Below, one piece after another: positions 41,478 to 54,342 of a stretch of DNA of 64,000 bases (position 1 is the first letter of the stretch; the number at the start of each line of letters is the position of its first letter). The DNA comes from Trichoplax adhaerens. Lineage: Eukaryota > Animalia > Placozoa. The position numbers and the translations under genes are program-made. Under the pieces are notes generated by a model. It had not been told where the DNA came from. It ran no database searches and worked only from the letters and a program-made list of their open reading frames with translations. The DNA is taken from NCBI RefSeq assembly GCF_000150275.1, contig NW_002060943.1, positions 4,608,008 through 4,672,007 of the forward strand. The letters run 5' to 3'.

Positions 41478-43552
41478 TTGAATTTGTATTTGCATGTCTG
41501 TATACAGTGGACAGTCTTGTATATAAAATGTTATCACTTTATCAACTACGAAGACATTTTCATTCACGAAGATTGGGAGACATTATTAATTATGAACATA
41601 TCAGTGTATGATAAAGATTATATAACTGATAGCTATATAGTTATATAGCTAATCATATTTGTAGTCGGCTATGACAGTCTGGATATCTTGAGACGAAGTT
41701 ACCTAATTTTTAGTAAAAAAACAAAATTTAATTTCGCGATTGGCGCAATAGCACATCTGTAAGTTTGCATATCTTAATAATGAGACAATGACTTTGTATT
41801 TTCCTATGCATGTCTAGCTACAGTTGCTTGTTAGTGTTTTTGGATGATCTAGGGTTAACTTGAAGCAAATTACAATACTTTACACTCTAGAGACCCTTTA
41901 TGAGGTCTCTACTGTACAGTAAGTACATCATTGTCATAGTTCAATAGCAGAAGTTCGTCTCGACAAACTGTTATCATCTCAAGAGAGATTCATTTTCAAT
42001 AGCTTATGCTATTATACTATAGCGAGAGGTGGTAAGCGTGCCTCCTTCAACAAATAGACGATTGGACGACAATAACAGTGACCGAAATTGATTCGAAGTA
42101 GAAATCGTAGAGAGACAGCGTATGGTTTGTTTAGAATGTCCGGATAAGAAGTCCGTCCAGGATTTGTAGTTCGAAGTATGCAATTAGATATATCTATCTT
42201 ACTTTTACGGCTAAGTCTTCGAATCAGGCAATCCTTCATCCTAAGGGATGTATTATAAATCATTCCTTAGGTAAGAGCAGTCATGCTTTGGACTGACGGT
42301 AAAACATGCTTGTTACAATTCGAGATTTGTAACTGGGAAACCTCACAACAAAGAAACTACACTTTCCTTAGTTGAGACTTATTCAGTGATTCTATTCTTT
42401 ATTCTATGACCGTAAGCCCCACTCTATATTTTCTCGAACTATATGATATATTACTATTTATAAGTACTGAATATACACTCGAACTAAAACATGTTTAGGT
42501 AGTGCTAGCTAATAACAGAACGACAACGCAGCTAAAGTATCACAAACAAGGCTCTGTAATAACTCGATATAAGATCATTAATAGCCTAAAATAAATGCAA
42601 ATTAGTAATATAGCTCAATGATTTAATATACAGGTGCAAATTGATGTACTGTATGTTCTTGCATGGCCTAAAGCCATGGACTACCGAATAATACCCGTGT
42701 TATTTGAAGCCCTGGCTGGAATATGCCGCCAACCATTATAATGTTTATGTATATGTAATATTGTCACAAAACAGCTTTGCAACAAGATAACGCAATATAC
42801 GATCAATAAGTCAACTCCTTGAACCACGTATCAAGGAACGATATCTGCACTATCACAAACACTTTTGCTCTACTAGCAGACTACACAAAGACTTAAACGC
42901 CTCGTATTTTACGTTAAACACTAAGTTAGACAATTCTTCTTTATTTCACGATATACTGCATTTATATACTATTCCTCAATAGTTCATGAGTCATAGTTAA
43001 TACAATTAACATTAGAATCATTTACTGAATTAGATATTAATTTTAGCTACTGCTCCCTTAATGCAGACAACAGTATTTATGAACATAGACATATAATGAC
43101 TAATACAGAATAGTCAGATTACGATATGTCCTATCACGGAACATTTCCATGATAATTTACAGTCTACTATAAGTAAATTACAATCACAATGATTCGAACT
43201 GTAAGCAGATGATTTGCATTCCCTATTATAACTATTAATTTCAGTATGTGTATAAGTGTCACTGTCATAAAAAATCAGTGCTATATTAAAATACAGTATA
43301 TCCAAATTAGAAGTTAACTAAATAAGGATAGTCTAACAGAATTATCCTAACATAGTTATTTCTACTGTAATACAGTATTTAATACTGTAACAAATATGTA
43401 GTCGATCGAACCGCTTCATCGTTTACAATCCAGAGTGCATCTACAGTACAACAGTACAGTAGTGAGCAGAACAGTCGAGCTGCACAGTGTCGATAAAATA
43501 GATAGTACAATATAGGAAATTGTAATGGATAGACATAGTACAATGTACAGTA

Positions 43553-44106
43553 GACCCAGCCATGTTGACATCGATCGATATCTTCACTACTCATCATTAT
43601 AGCTGGGCCAGTCAGGGACTACTAAATATTCCTTTCAGTTTTTTTTACCAGAGACTACTGAAGAAATCGAGAAAAGTAGTACCTAATTAAAGGCTACGTA
43701 TCGTCTAGACCAGTACAGTATACCAATATCATTGCATTGTTACCGTGGTACATAGTGTATAGTTTACAGCGGAGATTCCAGGTGTTTAACCATCTCCGGT
43801 CTAAAGCAAGCCACAACTCCAAAAAAATGTTTGGAGCTGTCGCCTATCTCCATCATAGAATTGAATGAGTGTCTTTTAACCCTGGATCAATATTGCTAGG
43901 TAGGAGTTACCGATAGCATGGTGGCGGGCAATGAACTCATGATTTTAACCCTTCAAACTGCGCCGCTATGCCTATCGTCGTACAGTACTGTATACTGTAT
44001 AGTACTCTAGTATTCGTCCAATTTCTATTACTGGTGACAAACTTGACTCCGTTAACTAGCGTCCGACGTCGGTCGATCGGGTTGGTTGTTTCAACTTGTT
44101 TGCCAC
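43553..44106. ncRNA. Candidate structured non-coding RNA (family not recognised; strand unresolved)
   Basis: A series of stems was read by eye: 43553-43609, an H-type pseudoknot at 43628-43680, hairpins 43770-43798, 43813-43840, 43848-43906 and 43911-43977, and a stem 44034-44106. The region is locally GC-richer than its flanks and has no credible coding exon. Confidence 0.4.
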
Positions 44107-44112
44107 AACTTT

Positions 44113-44319
44113 TACAGTACAGTACTGTACAATACAGTACATGATACTGTAACATACAGTATACAGTACTGTAGGGTACAGTGTACAGTACAGTACAGTA
44201 CAATACAGTACAGTAGTTTGATGTACAGTACTGTACAGTACAGTACAGTACAGTACAGTACAGTACAGTACAGCACTGTAGACTGTGCACTGTACTGCCT
44301 TGTACTGTACACTGTACTG
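44113..44319. repeat. Degenerate (CAGTA)n pentamer array, with a satellite patch at 43980-44005
   Basis: A perfect cagta run at about 44236-44270 is flanked by degenerate and inverted units. It lies about 430 bp upstream of the ATG at 44745. Confidence 0.95.
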
Positions 44320-44744
44320 GGAAATGACTGTGTTTACACTTGCATAATGACGCTTTCTAAAGTAAAGTACTAAACCTTACTAACCTATAGTAGGTCGAAA
44401 ACCAAAACTATCAAAGCGATTTTTCATTCATAATGTTGTTTATGATACATGTATTCTTCGACGATTGTTATTGTTAGGCTCTCACTGGATATAAATATGG
44501 TCTGCAGCCCTTCAATCAGTCACATACCACACTATTTCAGTCCCAATCAAGCAATATTGTCGACAGAAGACTTGGATTGACTTTACTGCAGAAGAAAAGT
44601 TATTTTACGGGAAGATCAATTAGAATAATTTATCGACAAGGCACTAGAGGTCAATTAAAACACAACGTTGGCGTCTTGATCTAGAGAGCAACCAATTCGT
44701 AATTACGCATTTTACCGTAAAAATCAATCACTATTACTGTAATC

Positions 44745-47700
44745 ATGGAAAAGTATCGTCCATTCAAAGGGATCACTTTCCTGATGGTCGAACTAGTTAT
44801 CTTGTTATGTTATCAACCGGTACACGCGTACAGTGATTTACATCGTCCCAGACGTTCGAATAGTTACAACCAGCCATCGATCTATGATTTCACAGGTAAC
44901 TAGGTTAAATTTCGTCAAAATGTTTCTTAATTTAAATTGTTTTTAAACATTCCTTGTTACCATGATTATCAATAATTTGACAATCGCCCCTAGTGTTCCA
45001 CTCTTTTTTCCCACCCTCTTAAATGAAAATAACTTCAGAACGGTTTCAAACAGTATACTACTGTGCGTATATAGTGTATATTGTAAACAATAAATCCGTG
45101 GCATAATAATCACTATGGACTACCCAAATCAATGGCGCCGGAAAATACTGACTTGAAGTATTGTTTTTGCTTTATGAATACAGTTAAGAAATCGTTGCAC
45201 TCAAATTGTAAACTTATTCTCGACATGATTGCCGTAAAGCGGTTTCTATTCAAAATCGCTTATTAGTTCTCGTTTGAAGATTTGCAGTACATCAAATGCT
45301 TGCGACATGAGTTGATACAGAGTCTACTAATTTATTTAAATCAGTATTCAATGAATGGACGAATTGATTAATTAATTAATGTAATCTGTACTGGGAGTTT
45401 ACTATACGGTACTACATACTACTACGAAAAGAAAAAACTCATTTTAAACTGAACTATAGCCAATAAATTAACCCAAGAACCAACATTGAAACTACCGATT
45501 GTCGCTATATCTGTTTCAAAGTGGGCATGACAGTATCATATTAAATAAAAAAAGTTAAGGATACCAATTGGAGGTGACGGCTTAAGCAAGCACAAAAATA
45601 CGACTCAATGGTTACCGAAACAGTGATCGAAACAATTTCATAAATAGAACCCATTTTTCGTCAGTGAATTTACTGTAGATTGATTAAATAAACTACGAGT
45701 AGAGCGTTCCAGTCAACAATTTCGTTATTTTGATTCGATAGACATTCCGTACTATAGATGAGCCAGTCTATAATTTCCATCATCTAGCAATCTCCGACCC
45801 AAACTATTCACGTTCACAAAATTTATTAAAACAATTTGATCGTGACGTATTCGACCTATTGACTGCGTAAATGAATGGATAATGTCTCCATTGTCGTGAC
45901 AGCGGTTTTATTCTCTTTTATCAGTTGTGGATGTAATGCCATTGTTATATTTAAATGAGCTACTTAGATAACTGCGTGCAGACATGATAAGTAACAATGG
46001 TCGTATTCATTCCTATGTTACTGTCGCGCCGCTTTGTCCTAATGGATCGTAGATGGATGTCCATTTATTGATTCCCTCACACCTGAGACATGCGAAACTG
46101 AACATATCTTCGTACCAATTAGACCGCCATCAACAACGATAGTCTGTATATTCTGTAGTAGTTCGTGGTGCTTACCAAGTAGTAAATTAATATCTATTAA
46201 AGGGTGAAAAGATTGAATACTCTTTAATGTTGTTTTAGATACTGACTTGTTAAGTACATGCATTACAGCATAATATCTTGTTGAAGTGAAGTGAATATTC
46301 TTTTATAGTCCGTTAATTCTGTAAAACCATAACAACTCATTCCGATCATAATACTAGATACAAATATTTATGTACGAGTTTTTAAGTAATATTGCATAGA
46401 CTAGTATAACAATTAAAGAAATAATTGCTGCCAGAACTTGTTTCGCATATTACATCTATACGTATGTAATAAGTACGTATATCTAAATTAAGGTAGCTCA
46501 TCATTAAAGATATTGCCATGAATAACTAATATAGCCTTGCGATTCGATTAGAATCTGTCTATTTCAACAACATGCACTATTTCAAATTTATCTCAAAAGA
46601 TGATAATTTTGAATAAATGAGAAAATTTGGGTATCATCTTGTTATAAAATGTCTTCAAAATAATAAAACAACAACGACACGTACAGTATCTTGTAAACTT
46701 AGTTTATTACATAAACTAGTAAAGTTCCCATACAAATTTTATCCAATTTTAATTGCAAATGTTTGTCGATTATAAAATATAAATAAATCTGTTATCTAAT
46801 ATATAAACTAATTATTAGTAAAGCATACTTACGACGTTAGCATTTCTTATTTGTGTTTAAAAACTGCTTTATGTCGACAATAGGTCATCCGAAGTATTCT
46901 ACAAGCTGCAATTTCGAGCATGACCTATGCGGGTGGTCACAAATATCAGGCATTGACACCTTTGATTGGACTAGGCGTACCGGTCCAACACCAAGTTTTG
47001 GGACTGGACCGCAATTTGATAACACATTTAAAAACAGTATGTTGTTTTTCATAATATGATATGGTAATTTTGTTCAATAAGGACGCCTTGTAACTTTTAC
47101 ATTCATGCTACCCCTGTACGTGCATATCTCTAGAAGTTTTGTCATGATGTAGATCAGCACTCTCATCTCCTATTAAGTGATTCATAGAAAATCACTGTAT
47201 GTTAATATCACACATAAGCTACAGCCATTGTACCAAGTATTAACAAGACATTGTAGTTATAAAAAAAATTTTATAACCTTCGAAATAGATATACGATAAG
47301 CAGTTGCAGACGGTTTATGGAATACTGTATATTCTTAGTCTCAGTGGTATTATTATTCGTAATGACAGCCTTAAGACAGTAAGTTTGAGATAGTTGTTAA
47401 GAATGATTCGGTGTACTTTCACGCAGTGAAATAATATACGGTATTCTGTATTTTAGTATCGATTCGAAACCCTGATTTTACCGTGACAACCGTTCGCAAC
47501 AAATTAGCAGATTTTAATAAGTTTTATCTTCGATCAGCATGAAGTTGTATTTCAATTTCATTTTATGTAGGGCATTAAATTATCCGGAATTAGCATTGAA
47601 TTCTATTAACCCATACTGTTTTCTATTTTATATGAAATAGGCTCCGGGCACTATCTGTATATAGAAGCTTCCGCTCCTCGTACGAAAGGAGATTTCGCCG

Positions 47701-50700
47701 ATTTATTAAGTCCACCTTTGTATACTCCAAGAAATGTCTATACAGTGAACGTGAGTTTTCTAATGTCGATATTCGTGTCGTCGTAGGTCATTGATTCGGT
47801 GGTACAACTTGACGGTCATGGCAGGACTTGTGATCATTTGTCATTTGCAAAGTTTTCTAACTACTGTATCACAGATATTAACATATACTAGTTAACAGTT
47901 TAACACCGCACGCTACCATACCGTAAACTTCTACTATTCGCCAAGGTTGAATTTTAATCTATGAACTACCCTATGTATAATTGGGATTTTATACCGGTAA
48001 AAGTGTGATATTCATGAATTTTTTATACAGGTCCGTTTCGATTACAATATGCATGGTGATGGAATAGGAAGTTTGGAAGTATATGTCATTTATGCAAAAT
48101 ATAACTTTACAGAGAAGCTATTAAACGTAAAACAAGGCAACCAAGGAAGTCACTGGCTGACGCATCATTTGCAGTTTCATCCTCAATACAATGAATATCA
48201 TGTTAGTGATTGATTCCTATAGAGCTGCTTTTACATCATACCTTTATAAGAAATAGTTGAATATCTTGCTAAGGCACTTGTTTGCATGCATCTAAAAATA
48301 CGAAAGATTCATAAACTGAATAAAATATTATATTTTTATCTGGACATATATCTAATTCTCATGCTATTCATGTGTTATATGAGTATATTTATTCAATAAT
48401 CAATTTTATATTACCAACGTAGATATTTTTCCGTGGAATAATTGGTGATAATTATAAAAGCGATATTGCCATTGATGATATAGCTGTCTACGTCCAAGGT
48501 ACTGAAAGCTAACTGATAATACGAATTCAAAATATAAAGATCTTAAAGCAATCACTTAGGAGTGTAGCAGTTTGTTTCATACTAAGTACCTATCCATCGC
48601 GTATAAGTAAGAAATTAGCTTTACAGAAATTTAATTCTGGTTGCTTTATCAGAAATCAATTGTGTAACTGGAAATGGAAGATTCTTTCGTGGGACAAATT
48701 CTTTTACGAAAAGTGGCTTGACATGTCTTGCATGGAATTCATTAGCCAGGTTTAATCCGCGTTTGTATCCGATGGATGATTTAAAGCGAAATTACTGCCG
48801 CAATCCCGGAGGTCTCCGGTCAAGACCGTGGTGTTATGTGACAAGTGGCTCATCAAACGGAAGTTGGGAATACTGTGGCGTAACCCAGTGTCTTCCTAGT
48901 TCAATTAAACAATTATCAGGCTATCCTGGAGGACGTAAGCAGTGAAGACTTATATGAAACATTAAGATTCTCTAGTAGTAAACTTACTCTGTACTTTAAA
49001 GATAGTAAATTAGTTTGCTAAGCTGTTTAAAATATTTTTAGATCGAATTCCTGTTAAGTTAGTTGGTGGGCAAGCAAATTATGGGCGAGTTGTAGTATAC
49101 CAATATGGACAGTGGGGAACAGTCTGTAATCAAAATTTTGGAACGGCTTCCGCTACAACCATTTGTCGTCAACTTGGATTACCAACACCGGGATACAGAT
49201 TGAGTAAGCACGGCATAGAATAATTATAATAATATGGTAAAAGCTTAAGGATAGCGATATTTTATAGGTTTACTGTTAGAATTATGCCATATTTCAGTTG
49301 TGGTAAATTTTATACCTTGTCGTAATGATCTTGTTGATTGACATACCTATACTTCAATGATGATTTCATAAAAAAAAATAAAAAATTCAAATATATCAGG
49401 AATTTTAGTATAAATGAAAGTCTCACTGGATATCTTTCTGATTATAGAACATTCTATTAGTTCGGGCTCTGGTAGAATTTGGATTGAACGTTTGGACTGC
49501 TTTAGTTATTCGAAGGATCTATCGGAATGTACTATCTCTTGGAATTCCTCCTATTGCATTCACCAAGAGGATGTAGGAGTACGCTGTGGACCATTAAATG
49601 ATAATAAATGTAAGATTCATACGCTTAGGCAATCTTTATTCCGATCTGAACTGTGATCTGATCTTTTAATTCAGCAGTTTAATTGAAGCTTGTAATCATA
49701 ACTGATTATTTCGAATTTTTGTAGCAATTTCTACTGTTACTCCAATCAATAAAGCACCAATAAGCGTGGAATTATTAGGTGGCAGCAGCAACGAAGGCAT
49801 AGTTGTTGTCAACCTTAATGGTAGTAAAGGAATAATTTGCGATTTAGATTGGAATATCAAAACTGCCGATGTCGTTTGTCGAACGTTGGGATTTGTTGGG
49901 GCTAAAAGAAGTTATGGTAAGATCTGCAAAGAATTAACGAATATGATAGCCTTTAGGGTAAAGGGTTTATCAAAAAATTTTACTTATTTGTATTACATAT
50001 TTAGGTAAATATTTTCCTAAGAGGACCTGGAGAACATTGCTGACGTCCATATCGTGCAATGGGTATGAAAGTTCTTTCCGTCAATGCGGTTACTCTATTC
50101 AACCCGGAGTGAACAGTTGCAACACAAAAGTAGCAGCATCCGTCACATGTGAAACTGGTATATTAATGTCTATAGGAGAATTTTAAAATTAGCTAATACT
50201 TGTGAAGGTGCAAGTAAATATTTGAAACGATTAAAACTATTATTGCATGTCATATTCAGATAGTAGTGATGCCGCCATGAAATGTGATTTTTCAAACGGA
50301 TTCTGTCAATGGAAAAATTTAATAACAAATGATCTGAAATGGCTTTGGCACAAAAATGGGTATCATTTTTCACCAATCTTCTCCAATAATGGTAAGTAAA
50401 AGTGCGATAGCGTATTCTACTCATTAAATCAGGACTATAATTAAACTAAGAGTTATACAAAATAGTAATAAAACTTATTATAAATTCGAAACCCTCTCCA
50501 GTTAAATTGAATTCAAAATAGATAAAATTATTTCTATCCTACAATTGTAGATATGTCATTCATATATTTAACCCTTGCAATGCAAAAAACGAAGAGTGAT
50601 GGTAGGGCTACTCTCCTAAGTCCTAGATTAAGAAAAAGTTCTACAGTTCAGGTATCAGATTTATATTAATTATGAGCATTTTACGATAATTTACGAATAA

Positions 50701-52131
50701 TTTGGTGCTCATAAGTATAGTTGCGATAGTATTATTTAAAATATATTTAAGATATAATTACTATTAAAATGTTATTTTCAGTATTTGATAAACTTACATT
50801 AAGATATGTTTGCTGTGGCCCATATATTAACGTTATCATGCAGTAAAATGTACTATGATATTATATCAAAGATTATAAATCACATTTGAGTGTCATTATG
50901 GTACCTTTATAGTGTATTAAAATCGATACCTCAATGATTCTAACTAATAGCTAATTGCTTCATATTACATAGATGTTTTTCAAATATTTAAATACCGGCA
51001 GTGGCGTAAAGAAGCTGATTATCGAATATTTGGATGATAATGCATTTACACATAATATTAATACTATTCAGTTGGGATCATTTCAAAATGATGTATGGAT
51101 CCAGCGAGCATTTAGCTTTTATCCACCGGGAAAAAGTTTTCAAGTATATTTTATGTAGTTAATTTCGTGTTTAAGATATAAGGATAATTTAATAGAGGCA
51201 TTTTTAATAATAGAGAAAATTAGATATCTTGTTTGTTAATTAGACATAAGATGTCATCGTTGCTTGATAAAATTAACAGTTATATTAATTTCAGATACGA
51301 ATTGTAGCGGTCTATGATACAGCAGATAATACTAATGGTGGTGCAATTTTAATTGAAAAAATAAACTTATCAGGATGCTCTCCTTGTAAGTATTAATTAT
51401 GTACGAAATGACTTTTACTTTTATCAACATTTCAGCTTAATCATAATATCTATTGACATTAATTTCATGGTGTTTTGCTATAACAGATACACGAAAAAGT
51501 ATTACAATTGTTGCTTTGATAACAATCGCTGGGAGTGTTGGTTTAGTACTGACCATCGTAGTGGCCTTCATACGGATTCGACGAAGATACTCGTCAGCAA
51601 GAAATCGGTCGACAAACATACCAGGTAAAATCAATTCTTAATTTACTGCAATTTTTTTGTAAAGGTATTATCGATTGAGACTATAACTTTGACAATATTT
51701 TTTATTTCAAAGTTATGCTATTTAGTAGCGTTACTTAGTTCTATGTTAATTAGAAATGTTTTTAATGAATTTACACTATATCCGTATTTGGTATATAGCT
51801 GGATTATATGACAGGATACATCAAAGTTTAGCTACGTCAAACTCAAATGCTAGTTTACCAGCTTATTGCCCGACAACACCTATTGGCCACCAATCATTTG
51901 CAGTTCATGATCAGCCTACAATAATCCAAGGGCAGCAAATTCGTATTTTAGGTAGGATAAGATAACTATTAGTGACACGCTATTATAGGATTTTGTTATA
52001 ATCTTCTGTCAATCTGCTTTATGATAGTATTATCACTATATTTTATTATATCATCAATTAACATCAATTGATTTTTAGAGCGTTCCTTGCCAACGTACAA
52101 CCAAGTCGTTGGCCGCGGTAGGAGAACTTGA
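44745..52131 (+). CDS. Type I membrane protein: signal peptide - MAM - Kringle - SRCR - SRCR - MAM - TM - PY-motif tail (about 816 aa, 17 exons)
   Basis: Exons 44745-44895, 46884-47036, 47641-47750, 48031-48201, 48423-48498, 48653-48934, 49042-49203, 49448-49609, 49725-49916, 50005-50157, 50260-50391, 50551-50651, 50973-51143, 51295-51385, 51487-51624, 51799-51951, 52079-52131 are phase-consistent. MAM: CNFEHDLCGW..DTFDWTRRTGPTPSFGTGP..GHYLYIEAS..DIAIDDI. Kringle: NYCRNPGG..PWCY. SRCR: GRVVVY..WGTVCN and EDVGVRC. TM: IVALITIAGSVGLVLTIVVAFI followed by RIRRR. Confidence 0.85.
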
Positions 52132-53943
52132 AGAGAAATGTATGCTACTAAATATGCATTATTTATAGCATTTACAATTTGGATAAATTGACATTGGCGA
52201 TTTTGATGAATTCGAATATGTGCAAGAGTGACAATATGTTTTATGTTACGTTATTGCAATTAATTTCCGATTATTCGTTTCCATTACCTATGAAATATGA
52301 CGTTTATTTGCTAGATAGATATCTACGTATATGCTTCTAGTGATTTCATTTTGCTAAATTTTGGCATATGATGGTGCCCCGTGTTTTAAAAGTTTGATCG
52401 TTGATAATTTAAATATAATAAGTTGAATGAAACAATACGTATTGTTGGAATGGCGTATTAAGAGTAAACATATTTTCATTTAGTATTAATTTAGAGTATA
52501 TAAATAGTGAAAGCCCCTATTAGACGTCGTATTCAAGGTATGAATACGTATTTCTTAAAATAGTATCTTGAATATTTAATTATTTTCCACTTTAGAATTA
52601 AGTTATGGATGTCAGAAAATAACATCAGGGAAATCTTAACCGTTTTTCCATAGGGCATACAATATTCATAAGGATTCTATCTTCTATTTATATATCATAA
52701 CTTATCGACACGTATGATACGTTAACTTTCAAGCGTTTCATGCTCACTTATAATAATAATACATAATTTGATTTAAACTAATACTGCTACTTACGTTAGT
52801 AGCAGTCCAATCTAATGCCCGTTAATAACGGAGTTTAATCCTATATAATTTTATGTATTTTAACTTTATTATCGTGCTTGTATTGATTAACTTTAAATAA
52901 CTTGATTAATTGATTGAACGTAGGAACAATTTCTATTTTTACAGAAACTACTGTATCATATAATGTACAAATAAAAAAAATCCTGTTGCCTACAGAATAT
53001 AATCATAATGACGTCACCGAATAACACCAAAATTAATGCGGCTATACTCTACAAAAAAATGTCAAGATAAAACTGCGTGCAGTATTTCCACTACGAAATA
53101 CTAAAAATAAGAGCTAATTTGCAACTATTATTAATGCCGTGCAGATGGATATGTAGAGATAAACTAGGTTAAGAACTTTCATAGTTAATACTTGTTCCAC
53201 CTATACCACTAATATAGTTATTTTGCTATTGATACCATTTTAATGAAAGATGATCAGTATGAAAATTAAGTAGCAATACCTATACTCAAAGCGCAGCAAT
53301 TATAGCCATTTGAATTAGATCCGGATATTGCATAACCTGCGCAGGCCATAAAGGTAAAACTTCTATAGTGTAGGCTATTTCATGGATTTTTTTAAAGCTT
53401 TTCCCATTAAGTAGTACATCTAGTAGTCCATGGCTGTCTTATGCGACGGTGTTGCATACTAAATCTAGTTAGAAATCTCTACAATATTCAGTAGACAGTG
53501 GGTGTTATTGTTTACCAATGCGGTAAGCCTCTACTGTAAACCTAGTAATGATTTTGATATTAATTTCAGCTCGATAACAGATGAAAAATTAAGGGGAGAG
53601 TTAATTTATTACAAATAAGTAAAACGAAATAATCACACACGAAAAATAGAGAGTAAATAGAACGATTACAATAGAAATGAATTCTTAATCGACTATTATC
53701 CGTAGTAACCCTATCGCTCATTATACTCGCATAATATACTTATACTTTTTGCTTTCTATTTACTAGTAGATGCCTCGTTTGTTATACTTCACGTACTATG
53801 CTTTACTGTATAATATGCACATAACTTTATCTGATTGTAATTACTAGTCGATCACTTGCTCACTATACTTCGTAGGCTATACTATAACAACTGTAATTAT
53901 ACCTTTTACATTATAATTCATACAATGTATGTACTGCAGAGCC

Positions 53944-54342
53944 CACACACATGCGGACAAAATTATTTTAATACATAGATGTTGCATATATATTTTCAAA
54001 GTTTATAATAGAAGTAAAACCTTTGGAATGGTAGCACGCATAACAGGAATATGTTGTACAAAATAACCATGCACTGTACGAAGTTTATAGCATATCAGAA
54101 AGAGGAATACTGTACATTTAAATAGTCCTCATACCTTTTAAATTAAAATTTATATGATGTATGCTGTGAAAAGTACCAACATACAGACACACGAAAAAAT
54201 CATTTTATTTTAATGCACAGCTACTGCTTATATATTTTCAAAGTTTACAGTATAAGTGATATTTATAGAAGAGTAACAGGAAAATGTTGTACAAGATGAT
54301 CATGTACTACATGTAGTTTATCGACAATCAGAAAGAGGAATA
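53944..54342. repeat. Diverged direct duplication of about 160 bp (period about 235-240 bp)
   Basis: 53944-54110 and 54186-54342 share TATATTTTCAAAGTTTA, TAACAGGAA.ATGTTGTACAA and ATCAGAAAGAGGAATA. Confidence 0.85.

Noticed and set aside
43848-43977. SECIS elements
   Set aside because: No properly spaced UGAN/NGAN quartet with an 11-12 bp helix, and the region is not in the 3' UTR of a UGA-containing gene in this window.
43960-43980. Resemblance of CGCTATGCCTATCG to a segment of SRP (7SL) RNA
   Set aside because: No Alu domain and no helix 8 with its GNRA-type loop; the sequence runs straight into CAGTA repeat.
43553-44106. Telomerase RNA call
   Set aside because: The TAACCCT template-like 7-mers are on the plus strand while the pseudoknot is on the minus strand. 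There is no template upstream of the pseudoknot, and no recognisable CR4/5 or H/ACA domain.
43937-44373. ORFs rich in CTVLY/STVQY (43937-44290, 44086-44373, 44112-44312) and the similar ORF at 37048-37311
   Set aside because: They are translations of the CAGTA pentamer repeat, which lacks stop codons in several frames; no splice or domain support.
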